Origin: Octopus sinensis
Lineage: Eukaryota
Assembly (NCBI RefSeq): GCF_006345805.1
Contig: NC_043010.1
Location: 43,462,001 to 43,526,000 of the forward strand
Reading direction: 5' to 3'
Length of the DNA stretch: 64,000 nucleotides
Of the stretch, positions 14,508 through 26,197 are shown piece by piece (within the stretch, counting starts at the first letter, position 1; every line of letters begins with the position of its first letter). Position numbers and translations under genes: made by a program. The notes beneath the pieces are model-generated. The model saw nothing but the letters and a program-made list of their open reading frames with translations, was not told the DNA's origin and did no database searches.

Positions 14508-14873
14508 TTTTATTTTTTATCTTTTAATTGTTTCAGGCATTAGACTGTGGCCATGCTGGGGCACCACCTTGAGGAATTTTTTAGTCAAATGAATTGACTC
14601 CAGAACTTATTTTTTAAAGTCTGCTAAGTTGTGGGGATGTAAACAAACTGACACCAGTTGTCAAGTGATGGTGGGGGACAAACACAGCCTCAAAGATACG
14701 CACACACAGATATATATATATATATTTAAATATATATATATACAACGGGCTTATTTCAGTTTTCATCAACCAAGTCCAGTCACAAGGCTTTAGTCGGCTC
14801 GAGGCTATAGTAGAAGGCACTTACTCAAGCTTCCACACTGTCGGACTGAACCCAGAACCATGTGGTTAGGAAG
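14508..14873 (-). mobile_element. SINE family A, diverged copy
   Basis: Collinear family A tail, body and B box. Confidence 0.78.
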
Positions 14874-14891
14874 AGCATACATACATACATA

Positions 14892-15306
14892 CCAGGTGGC
14901 AAGTAAAGAAACACCGTTTCGACCCTGTGCTTGAGGAGACCTATTGAGTCAAGTACATCAACATCAAAAATCAATGGAAATTGTAGCTGTGATCCCTGTG
15001 CCAGTGACATGTAAAAAGCACCATCCAAACGTGGCCGATGCCAGCACTACCTCGACTGGCTTCCATGCCGGTGGCACGTAAAAAGCACCATCTGAACGTG
15101 GCCGATGCCAGCGCCGCCTTGACTGGCTTCTGCACCGGTGGCACATAAAAAGCACCCACTACACTCACGGAGTAGTTGGCATTAGGAAGGGCATCCAGCT
15201 GTAGAAACACTACCAGATCAGACTGGAGCCTGGTGCAGCCTTCTGGCTTCCCAGATCCCGGTTGAACCGTCCAACCCATGCTAGCATGGAAAACGGACAT
15301 TAAACA

Positions 15307-15350
<44 letters not shown>
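14892..15350 (+). mobile_element. Repeat family C copy with internal ~67-bp tandem units
   Basis: AAAAGCACCATC..AACGTGGCCGATGCCAGC unit repeated; (GAT)n tail. Confidence 0.85.
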
Positions 15351-15658
15351 ACATACATATTTATCTAAAAATCCATAAGTCAGAAAAAATAGGCATTTGT
15401 ATATTTGTCAATTGAGTTGATACATTAATCAAAGTATACCATATTATAGATCCACTCAACCAATCTTCCCAATCAGTTTCAGATTAGAGCAATTACTAAG
15501 CAATTATCTAATACACAGGCTCTTAAAGGAGGACAGGTATGGGGAAAAAAAAACATGGTTACCATATAGTTTCCAACATGAAACTGATTGATAAGATCTG
15601 AAGTAATGCATCTGTAATAGTGTTTACTTTGATTAATGTGGTGCTTGTGTCTGTGTAA

Positions 15659-15666
15659 ATAGATAA

Positions 15667-15748
<82 letters not shown>

Positions 15749-15840
15749 GGAGAGACAGACGGACGGACAGACGGACGGACGGACAGACGGACGGACGGAC
15801 AGGCAGGCAGACAGGCAGGCAGGCAGATAGACAGACAGAA

Positions 15841-15875
<35 letters not shown>

Positions 15876-15888
15876 TAGATAGATAGAT
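15659..15888. repeat. (GATA)n/(GACG)/(GGCA)/(GACA) tract; partner tract at 16706-16860
   Basis: Direct reading; flanks the Tx1-like LINE. Confidence 0.97.
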
Positions 15889-15889
15889 A

Positions 15890-16705
15890 TATTTCTTTTT
15901 TAGCCACACAGGGCTGCACACAGATAGAACAAATTACAAGGTAGAGCTTTTCTTTTGGGGGTAAAAAAAAAGGGAGTGGTGGTTTTTGATCAAAAGGGAT
16001 CGTAAAAGGAAAGAAAGAGGACAAAAAAAGGGAGGGGTTAAAAAAATGGGGGGGGGGGGCAAAAAAAAATGAATAATAGGGATCGTTATCACAGAAATAT
16101 CAATATGAAGTGTAAAGGGGAGGACAGGTGAGGTTTACCCGTGGAAAGAAAAGCCTACGGAAAAGACCACGGTAACCTCGGTCAATGAAGTCACATGTTA
16201 TATTTCTTTTTTTTTTTTTTTGCAAATAAGCAACTCTCTGCATTAATTTTTACGGTTCATAGAATCATAGTCAAGGTGGCTTCGTCATTCATATGTGCCA
16301 TCCTTGCTACATTCACCCATCTTTTTTTAAAACATTCACTAGACAAAACTTGCCTCTCTACTCTCACTTTTTTCTTCAAGTGATACTTGAAGAAGTTGAT
16401 GAGAGATTGACCAGAGAGGAAAGTGTTTGTCTCTAATCCTTTCAGGCGCGTCCACCAGATACATTCTTTCGCCATAGCCACAAGTATGATAAAAATAGCT
16501 CTTCCTTCCCGTTTGAAGGAAGGAGGCGTGACGATATTAACGATAGACTCGGCTGATAAACCGACTCGTCCCACACGTGACAGCAGTCGTTCGACATAAG
16601 CCCACAGGTCGGAAATTGCTGGACACTGCACGATTGCGTGCAGAGCGGTTTCGTCGCTCTGCCCGCATCTCGGGCAGGTCGGCCCCGTGTTTCTCGAGCC
16701 ATGCC
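15890..16705 (-). mobile_element. 5'-truncated Tx1/L1-clade LINE (zf-RVT C-terminus plus 3' UTR) inserted in (GATA)n
   Basis: Open frame [18 protein letters not shown]...LW...AKECIWWTR...F.KRW with stop at 16257. ~370-nt 3' UTR ending ...GTGGCTAAAAAAGAAAT. (GATA)n/(GACA)n on both sides. CpGs retained, suggesting a young insertion. Confidence 0.88.
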
Positions 16706-16762
16706 TAGATAGATAGATAGATAGATAGACAGGCAGGCGGACAGGCAGACAGACAGACAGAC

Positions 16763-16852
<90 letters not shown>

Positions 16853-17447
16853 GTAGGTAGAGAGAAAGTGGGGTGGGAGAGATTGTATTTGAATTTCTAA
16901 GATTAGGAATTATCATTACTATACACTGATATATTTGGTCTAGTATCCTGATTTTGGTTTTTATTGTCAGATTTCTGTGTTGTAACCTCCAGACTTCCTT
17001 CAAGTCCTGTCATATTGAATAATATTCTTGAAAGTGGAACTGTTATCTTCCATACCAAGAATATCCTTCTTATTAGTTGTTTTATTTGAAAGATTGCTAC
17101 AAGCAGTGTATATAGAGCTTGACTAGCCTAGGGATTGTACGCATGCTCACTGGCTAAACTACTACCACCAAGGTCGATTATGACTTTCATCCTTTCAAGG
17201 TTGATAAAATAAGTACCAGTTGGGCACTGGGGTTGATGTATTTGGCCTACCACCCTACCACACACACATACAAAAGAATTCAGGCTTTGTGCCTATTATA
17301 GAAAGGAATAATCAACACAACCATAGGGATGTCTTATAGAGAGGATAGTTGCTCGCTGGAAATTAGGCACAAAAGCATGAAATGTGTACCCTTTGTGTGC
17401 AACTGAGTGCAATTGAAGTATGCATAAAAATTTGTTAACTTTGGACA

Positions 17448-17618
17448 GGCGCTGGAGTGGCTGTGTGGTAAGTAGCTTGCTAACCAACCACATGGTTCCA
17501 GGTTCAGTCCCACTGTGTGGCATCTTGGGCAAGTGTCTTCTGCTATAGCCTCGGGCCGACCAATGCCTTGTGAGTGGATTTGGTAGATGGAAACTGAAAG
17601 AAGCCTGTCGTATATATG

Positions 17619-17679
<61 letters not shown>

Positions 17680-17882
17680 TTGTCCCCCTAGCATTGCTTG
17701 ACAACCGATGCTGGTGTGTTTCTGTCCCCGTAACTTAGCGGTTCAGCAAAAGAGAACGATATAATAAGTACTGGGCTTACAAAAGAATAAGTCCCGGGGT
17801 CGAGTTGCTCGATTAAAGGCGGTGCTCCAGCATGGCCGCAATCAAATGACTGAAACAAGTAAAAGAGAAAAAAAAGAGAGAG
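17448..17882 (+). mobile_element. tRNA-derived SINE family A, full length
   Basis: A box TGGCTGTGTGG, B box GGTTCAGTCC, internal (TA)n(TG)n, 3' end GACTGAAACAAGTAAAAGAG; high identity to other copies in the window. Confidence 0.9.
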
Positions 17883-18174
17883 ATGGAAAAGTCACCATTC
17901 TTGCTTTTCTATGAACAGAAAATGTGACAGTCACAAAAAAAAAAGATATAGAGAGATTAAAAATACTTTCTGTTAGTGAGCTGGAAAGAAAAGAATTCTC
18001 TCAGCAGTGACTGTGCAGATTTGACAGCTATATCAAGGAAAAATGAAAGTATACTTCTGAGTCAATAGTTGTCCTTGTCACTGTCTCTTCTTGTAGTGGG
18101 GGATGCAGGGGTGTTTTGGGGAACACAACATGGTTAAATAATTATGTTTAGTATATATATATCTAACCTAAATC

Positions 18175-18632
18175 AGCAAGCTAGCAGAATTGTTAGCACA
18201 ATAGACAAAAATTCTTTGTAGCATTTCATCTATCTTTACATTCTGAGTTCAGACTCTGCCAAGGTCGACTTTACCTTTCATCCTTTCTAGGTCGATAAAA
18301 TAAGTACCTATTTCTTTATTACCCACAAGGGGCTAAACGTAGAGGGGACAAACAAGGACAGACATAGGTATTAAGTCGATTACATCGACCCCAGTGCATA
18401 ACTGGTACTTAATTTATCGACCCCAAAAGGATGAAAGGCAAAGTCGACCTCGGCGGAATTTGAACTCACAACGTAATGACAGTCGAAATACAGCTACACA
18501 TTTCGCCCGGCGTGCTAACGTTTCTGCCAGCTCGCCACCTTAAAAATAAGTACCAGTTGAACACTGGGGTCAATGTAATCAACTTCCTTCTCCCCTTAAA
18601 TTTTTGGCCTTGTCCCAAAATTTGAAACCAAT
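18175..18632 (+). mobile_element. Older SINE family B copy (different tail), split by the nested insertion
   Basis: Head/core 18175-18308 resumes at 18543 with GTACCAGTTGAACACTGGGGTC and tail GGCCTTGTCCCAAAATTTGAAACC. Confidence 0.8.
18309..18542 (-). mobile_element. tRNA-derived SINE family B (AAGAAATA-ending tail), nested antisense in an older family B copy
   Basis: Head AAGGTGGCGAGCTGGCAGAAACGTTAGC, B box GAGTTCAAATTCC; 12-bp TSD AAAATAAGTACC at 18297-18308 and 18543-18554. Confidence 0.9.
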
Positions 18633-20006
18633 ATATATTCAATCTAATATCATGGTTGCTGATGTGATATCGGCTAAAGAGAATATGAAATAAAAAAATT
18701 TAGGCTAAATATTTCATTTTTGATAGTGGTATTTATCTTAAAGAGTGGCGGTTTAATTATATATGTAGTTTAATTAACGATCAGATGAATTAGAGTATGT
18801 GACACTCTGCTGGCATGGAGTGTTAGATACTGGGGAAAAGGACATAATCTTTCAAGAAATATACAAGGAAGATTTTATTTTTGAAATCTTATATTATTTA
18901 AATGTTTGAAAATATAAAAAGTCCCAGGGGATTTCAAGAAACACAGATGCAGCAACAAGTAATGAAAGGCCTATCGATACCAACAAATGATGTAATCAGC
19001 ATTCGATTATAGCTCTTGTGTTCATGAACAATACATTTGCATGATGTTTAAGATCAAAGGCAGGCTCAGTCAGATAATCAATAGCTCAGTGTTGTTTTTG
19101 TTGTTTTTGGTATTAGAAGTGGTGGTGGTAGTTTTGTATTATTGTTTCTGTTCTTGTAGATGTTAGTATTGTTGATGATGATGATAATTAGCTTACACTT
19201 AGCTCTGATCAAGTAGACTTCTTGTCACTCAGTTTTCCACACTTGTCATCAATTCATGTCATCAATTTAATGTATTTACTAGCACACAATTCTCTCTCTC
19301 CCTTTCTCTCTCTCTCTCTCCCTCCCTCTCTCTCTCCTTCCTCATTAACTGATGAATGCCTAGCTGTGCTTTTACTTCACTTATCCTCTGCTTTTCAGGC
19401 AGGTTGACCACTACCTGCTCAACTCAACTTATTTCTGGTGCACCCTCCACAAATTTCCCACATTCACTTCTTAAGTCCCCCCAACATATTTTACCATTAT
19501 TTTTGAATAGATCTATCTTTCAAAAATGGAGCAGTTACTTGAACTTTTCCTTCATCAGAAAATGTTGTTTTTACTCCAGCCACCTCCAATACTTATCAGC
19601 AGAAACTGTTAACCAATGTAACCAATGGTTACATCTACAGCTAGCCACTAATATATATAACACATCTGAAGTAGTACTGGATCCCTATTGCTAGAGGTTT
19701 CACAGCATCTTTTGTAAACTCATTTCTTGCAGTGGGTACACAGTATCAAGTTCTTACCTACATATCGAGCAAAGCCACTTCTCAGATAGTACTTAGATTT
19801 TGTGTTTTTTGATACTAACTACTATCTTTTACCTTTTATTCCAGGTGTGATACTCTTTCTACAACTCTACGACTGATTGTGTTATGAGAACCAACTCACC
19901 AGGATATAAAAACTCCCAAGAACAACCAGTTTTGAACTCATGTCCTCCATAGGAGCTGCAATGAATTAAAGGGAGTTAAAGACAAATCCTTTGTAAGTAC
20001 TTATAT

Positions 20007-20387
20007 CTCTCTTTTACTTGTTTCAGTCATTTGACTGTGGCCATGCTGGAGCACCGCTTTTAATCAAGCAACTTGACCCTGAGACTTATTCTTTTGTAAG
20101 CCCAGTACTTATTCTATCGGTCTCTTTTGTCGAACCGCTAAGTAACAGGGACATAAACACACCAGCATCGGTTGTAAAGCATTGCTAGGGGGACAAACAC
20201 TGACACACAAACACACACACGCATATATGCATATATACGACAGGCTTCTTTCAGTTTCCGTCTACCAAATCCACTCACAAGGCTTTGGTCAGCCCGAGGC
20301 TATAGTAGAAGACACTTGCCCAAGGTGCCACGCAGTGGGACTGAACCCGGAACCATGTGGTTGGTAAACAAGCTACATACCACACAG
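20007..20387 (-). mobile_element. SINE family A, near full length
   Basis: Reverse complement of the 17448 copy. Confidence 0.88.
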
Positions 20388-21008
20388 AAATTCTCACTAA
20401 ACTTACTAAACATTTTTCTCACTAAAATATTTTAGTCAGAAGAGTTGGGACTCTCTATTCTGGTTAAACTGATGCAGTTTATGTACTGTTTGAACTTCTA
20501 CTGATTAACACCAGAAAGCATGTGCAGGGACTATGTTTCAAACAGCTGTACTTCTCAACAGTAAGGCTCGGATAAAATGTTTGGTGTGGCATATGGTAAT
20601 GATAAAATGTAACAATGACAAGTAGTCATCATTCCTACTTCTTATTGCTCCCTTCCTCCAGTCAGATATATTAAGTTATCTATTTCTTAACTTTCTTCCT
20701 CCTAAACTTGAAGTTGTTAGTCACTGATCTGTGTTGAGAGAAACATTGTTCTCTAAAGAAAGGTTGGCTTTTCTCCTTATCAGTCTCTCTTATTTCCTGT
20801 CAATCAGGCTCCCTGTACTGGCATGAGAAGTAGCTGACCAATTTACTGGTTTGCTTCATGAAACCTATGATGCAAATGGTAAGGTCATTGGTAATATAAA
20901 CAATGCAAGAAGCCTTCTTAACTCCTTTATTGTAGTTTGGCCATAGCCTGCATCTGTGCCTCCATCACTGTATTGTTTTCAACTATCAATATATTGAAAT
21001 TGCAATAT

Positions 21009-21042
21009 ATCATCATCATCATCATCATTATTATTATTATTA

Positions 21043-21092
<50 letters not shown>
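21009..21092. repeat. (CAT)n(TTA)n
   Basis: Direct reading. Confidence 0.97.
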
Positions 21093-22350
21093 CATTTACT
21101 TTTAATCTGCATGTTTGTTACAATCACTTGCTGGGACACACCAGCATCTTAGGGCAAGTGAAGGATAAGAGATGTTACAGTATGGATGAAAGCTGGAGGA
21201 GGGGAAGTGGCAGGGACAGTAGCAAAATATCTTCATGTAATACAACACAGACATTTAAATTGATAAGGTTTTTCTAAGGATATGGACAGTACTTGTCAGC
21301 ACAATCTTTTGGATTTCTCTGAGACATGGTACTTCTGGGATATTATCTAGATGTTTCTGACATTCCTTTCTTATCATACCTAGATGTTTCTGATATCCCT
21401 TTCTTATCATACCAATGGCGGATGTGCTAGGGACAGTAGCAAAATATCTTCATGTAATACAACACAGACATTTAAATTTTAAGGTTTTTCTAAGTATGTG
21501 GGTAGTACTTGTGAACACATTCTTTTGGATTTCTCTGATACATGGTTCTCCTGGGATATTATCTAGTTGTTTCTGACATTCCCTTCTTATCATATCTAGA
21601 GCACCCACAATAACAGGAACAGCTCTTGTTTTAAGATACTACATCTTTTGTATTTCAATTTCCAGGTCCTTATATTTACTTAATTTGTCAAATTCTTTTA
21701 CAAATATATTTTTATCAATGGGAACAATTACATCTATTAGTCTAGAATGACTATGTCTGGCTGATAAGCCTGGATTGTTCTGTAGGTGTTGACTGGAAAA
21801 TCACAGAGGATAATGACATTTTTACCTTCAATGATTAGCTCAGGATGATGTTCATACCAGTAAGCAAGAGTGCTGATTTTGTAGTGTTTACATATTTTCC
21901 AATGTAAATATTGTCCTACCCTATAATGGTGATTCGTTTGGTATCAACACAGGACATCCTGAGATGAGATGGTTTATTGTTTCATCAAATTTTTCACGGA
22001 ATCTGCATTTAGAGTCAGAACTGTTTTGAAGAACAATAGCCTGGTAGTTTTTGTAAGCAAGCTTTTACCTTGTGTCACCAAATGAAACCTTCAGTCTCTT
22101 CTTTCAGTCTTGAGCTTTTCAGCCACTGATGGGTTGTTGCTTGGTCTACATCAGCATTTTGGCTTCAAAGTATATACTGCCCATGCAGAGGCTTCTATCT
22201 CCACTGCTCCTCAGTTTGTTTCTGCTCATTATTTTTGCAGCCTGTTTGGTCTGTTTTGCTTGTTTGGTGGCAGTGGTTTCAAGTTCTTCATCTAATTCAG
22301 GGTTAATGCCAAGTTCCCTTGTGAATTTACAAGCTTCCTTGACAATGGAA
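21093..22350 (-). mobile_element. Degenerate R4/Dong-like non-LTR element (CCHC plus restriction-like endonuclease end)
   Basis: Translated remnants LKEETEGFI..SLLTKNYQA, DSKCRF.EKFDETINHLISGCPVL, KYKDLEIEIQKM.YLKTRAVPVIVGALDMI, EIQK....TTHILRKTL*. (TAA)n lies downstream on the minus strand. Confidence 0.8.
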
Positions 22351-22981
22351 TGTGATGGTGGTGGTGGTGGTGGTGGTGGTGGTCATGGTGATGTGATGGT
22401 GGTAGTGATGAGGACAAGATGTCAATGATGACATGGGTGCTTTCACAGTGTCTAGCATTAGTCTGAACCTAATTAGTTTATCCTCTATCTCATTTTATTC
22501 ATTCAATTCATCTGCTTATCACTGAGTTATTATGACCTAAGGACATTTACTTCAGCTCTAGTATACAACTATCAGACCAGATTTACTACTCATTGTGTAG
22601 ACATTAATAGAAACACCTTGAAGTTAACCTATTCCTAGTATTGATAATCAAGAGATACCACCTACTTTATGTAGTACTAACACAATAGATATTAGTTTTG
22701 TTGACACAATTAGTGTTATAGAATATTCTGATGTGCTGCATAATTAATTGACTAATGTTAAAAATTGTATGTCCTTTCTGTCATCAAGCATAAACATAGT
22801 AGGCTGACAGTATTTAATTTATTATGGCATTGCATCTCCTGTGTGATTATTAGCTAAATTTTTCTTCACACTATGATGGATTTATTGGGAGCTACATCTC
22901 TTCTAAGTTGGTATAGGATGAGTGGAAAATATAGACTTTTCTATAATACAAATACAGGTGCAACACTGAATTTCCAATACC

Positions 22982-23208
22982 TATTTCTTTACTACCCACA
23001 AGGGGCTAAACACAGAGGGGACAAACAAGGACAGACAAACGGATTAAGTCGATTACATCGACCCCAGTGCATAACTAGTACTTATTTAATCGACCTTGAA
23101 AGGATGAAAGGCAAAGTCGACCTCAGCGGAATTTGAACTCAGAACGTAGCGGCAGACAAAATACCACTAAGCATTTCACCTGGTATGCTAACGTTTCTGC
23201 CAGCTCAC
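22982..23208 (-). mobile_element. SINE family B (AAGAAATA-ending tail)
   Basis: Collinear with the 18309 copy; 8-bp TSD CCAATACC at 22974-22981 and 23209-23216. Confidence 0.88.
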
Positions 23209-26106
23209 CCAATACCATTGATCCTAAATCCTCATGGATTCTAAATCCTTACAGACTAAACATGTCTGGCTAGTGACAAGATGTAAAAGGTCTTTTGAAG
23301 TAAAACAGAAAAGTCAGGGAGATGAGACATTGCATGCTTTCAGTCAGAGACTGGAGGATATCAGTGAATGACTTTATGCCAATCTGTCAGGTGACCCTTT
23401 ACAGGATGTGTTTTAGAATGTCTATGTGTGCAGCAGCAGTAGCAGCACTATCTCTGATATGAGGGCAATACTACAAACCTCAGGTGGGCCTTAACTGAGC
23501 TTTTTAGCCACTGCTAAAAATAAAATAGAATAATAAAATGAAAAAAATAGAACCTTCCCATTACTTTGCTGTCCCAGAATTTCCTGCTTAAATTTGAACC
23601 TTCTTGAAAAGATCAAAGAACATGTGAAACAAAAGAAAACAATCAATCAGTCATGCCTGGTATGCCTTTGCATTCTGGAAACATTTTCTCACACTACATC
23701 ATAATACAACTGACAGCAATTTCATCATTTCTTCAGGCATGGTATTTTTTAAAAATTAGTCTAGCAACTGCATTACCTTATTATATCATATAAGTGTTAA
23801 TAAAACCATGTCAGATACCAAACTCAAGATCATAAATAAGAAGAGATAAGGGAAGTGTTGTTGCAGAATCATTTAGACTTGTTCTGACAGCTTTAAAAAC
23901 TGTGATGAATAAATATGACAAAATGAAATTTGCCATACAATATTGAAGTGAACGTAAATAATGCTGCTAAACTAACAGACACATACAATAAAATATCAAG
24001 CCAGATGCTATATTTGACCAGATGTTATGTCACTCACCACTCTTCCAAACCATTATCCAGCAAAAAGTGTGAAATTTATCTAATCGGTTGAGATACATAG
24101 ATGTTTGTTGCTTCTAGAAAATGGCTTGAAATGTTAAAGAAATGCTCTAACTTCCATAGCATTCAAATAGCAGGGGAATCACCAATGCAATCAGGATATG
24201 AGCATTGGAATTTCCAAAACAATTGAAAAGAAAGAGGAAAATCTAGTTTTTCATGTAGATAAACATAGATTATTTTGGAAATGTTTATCCTATGAAATTT
24301 CTATCTCAAAGGAGGTAAAAAAGCACCAGAGTATAAAGCAGCAAAAAGATTGTTTAACATTATTCACAGGAAACTTGAAACTTGAGCCATTGCTAGATTA
24401 TCAATCCTATAAAGCAATGACAGATATCTCCAAATCTTGTTTGTTATATAAAAATCTGACAGAAGATTTGATTACTGAATCATTGAACATGTCTGCCATG
24501 CTGACAAAAATTTCTGAGTGAAGAATAATTTTGAACCTGAATACTGTTTTGAATAGTGTTCCTAGTGAGACATCAAATCTTGATTCAGATCAAACATACA
24601 TATCTTTTGAAGTCATTTTCATTTCATCAATCACAACTTCACCACTAAAACTTATTATCAAGGAGTTATTTATTATTTTCAGGGCATATTATCTTGCAAA
24701 AACTTTAATTATTCAAATAAAGTAATTAATGATAAAAAAAAACAATCTATCAAAGAATTCTAGAAAAATTATATTCTGCAGACAATAAAAAATATTATAT
24801 TTGGGAAGAACTTAAGAATATATGTCTCATTGGAGTTTGGGCGAAATTGTCTTCAGCTTTAGTTAAGAAGAGAAGGCATCAAATTATGTAGTACTACGTA
24901 GATCTATAAAGCTGAGATGGTCAAATCTGTAATGTCTTTGATCATATGTCTGCACAATCATGGGTGGTGTGGGGGACAAACAACAACAACAACAATAACC
25001 AATGCTACCCTCACTACCACCAGAACACCACTTCTCTCATCTGTATACCAGCCAATGATAACAGAGAAAGTCCATTCTACTACATTGGAAGAATCTGAAA
25101 TGCTTCCTTTAATATCAAAGAAAGCAACCAGAAGAAGTTGTGTGATTGGGAATGACAAACCTAATTAAACAATAATTTTTTTTACTCAGAACAACATTAA
25201 TGTGTGTGTATTTTGAATACACACACATTAGGTATTCAAAATGTATACACATTATATATTCAAAATTATGTATACACATTATGTATTCAAAATACACACA
25301 TGCAAATACAAAATGAAAAATTAGTGAAGAGTGGAATTTATGGTATAACTTTTATTCCATGGTTTACAATTGTTTCCACAACCTGAGGTGTCCAATCACA
25401 CATGTTTATAGAAATTGAGGATAGTAACAATATAGTCATGCATATTATCCTGTGGTAAATGTGTGAATTGTCTAATTCTGCCTTGCTTCTTCTATCAAGC
25501 AATTTCAACACACGGCTTAATTCAAGATCTGAAATTTCTAGCAGGTGTAGACACATGGACAGATTTCTTTTATCAAATTGGAGGACACCACCCACTCCAA
25601 ATTGAATTGCTGTCTCGCAGACTTTGACATATTTTCTGCTATTTTGTTCAGTTGTATTTAATGAGCTTTCTACCATCAGGGAGGACAAGAATCTTAGTTT
25701 TCTTGATTTCGTTTCTTTTTTTCTTGTTCCGTTTTTTACACCAACCTTCTTCACGTTTTTTCCCCATTTTTTCTTATTTTCTTACTGTCCAGCATCCTTG
25801 TTTTTAAAAATTATATATAATGCATAAACAGAGCCTGAAAGATTGCTTTAAGATACATAGCATATTTTATAAATATGCCTGTTCAAGTATCTTAATAGCA
25901 TGAAACTATTAGTAGCTCCTTTGGTCATATATTTGATTATATATATATATATATATATTCAAAGAGCAATAAAGATTCAAGTTAATTTAAAAAATTTACT
26001 TGAATATGGTACCTAACTTAGATGCACCAAAAAAAACTATACTGATTTAACAATACAGTAATGTGGGGTGATTATAAGCGAGAAAGAAGCAACAAGAATG
26101 GATAGG

Positions 26107-26197
26107 TTTTAGTACGATCGTTTCATACAAGGACAGGTTTTATTAAAAGTTGCAAAGATTACAGCATATAAACGAGTCCCGTACTCATCAGCTAAAA
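26107..26197 (-). ncRNA. Type I hammerhead ribozyme in the 3' pLTR
   Basis: Reverse complement reads TTTTAG-CTGATGA-GTACGGGAC...GTCCTTGTAT-GAAA-CGATCG-TA-CTAAAA, the same fold as the 30808 copy. A third copy at ~30631-30697 (-) is truncated and lacks the CUGAUGA half. Confidence 0.88.

Noticed and set aside
16706-17003. N-terminal part of the 248-aa ORF
   Set aside because: Read-through of flanking DNA and (TATC)n; only 16257-16705 is LINE-derived.
17448-17530. tRNA gene
   Set aside because: A/B boxes belong to SINE heads; no cloverleaf, and the sequence continues into the SINE body.
19340-20990. Possible CR1-like fossil on the minus strand
   Set aside because: Only faint motif echoes; boundaries and class cannot be supported without a search.
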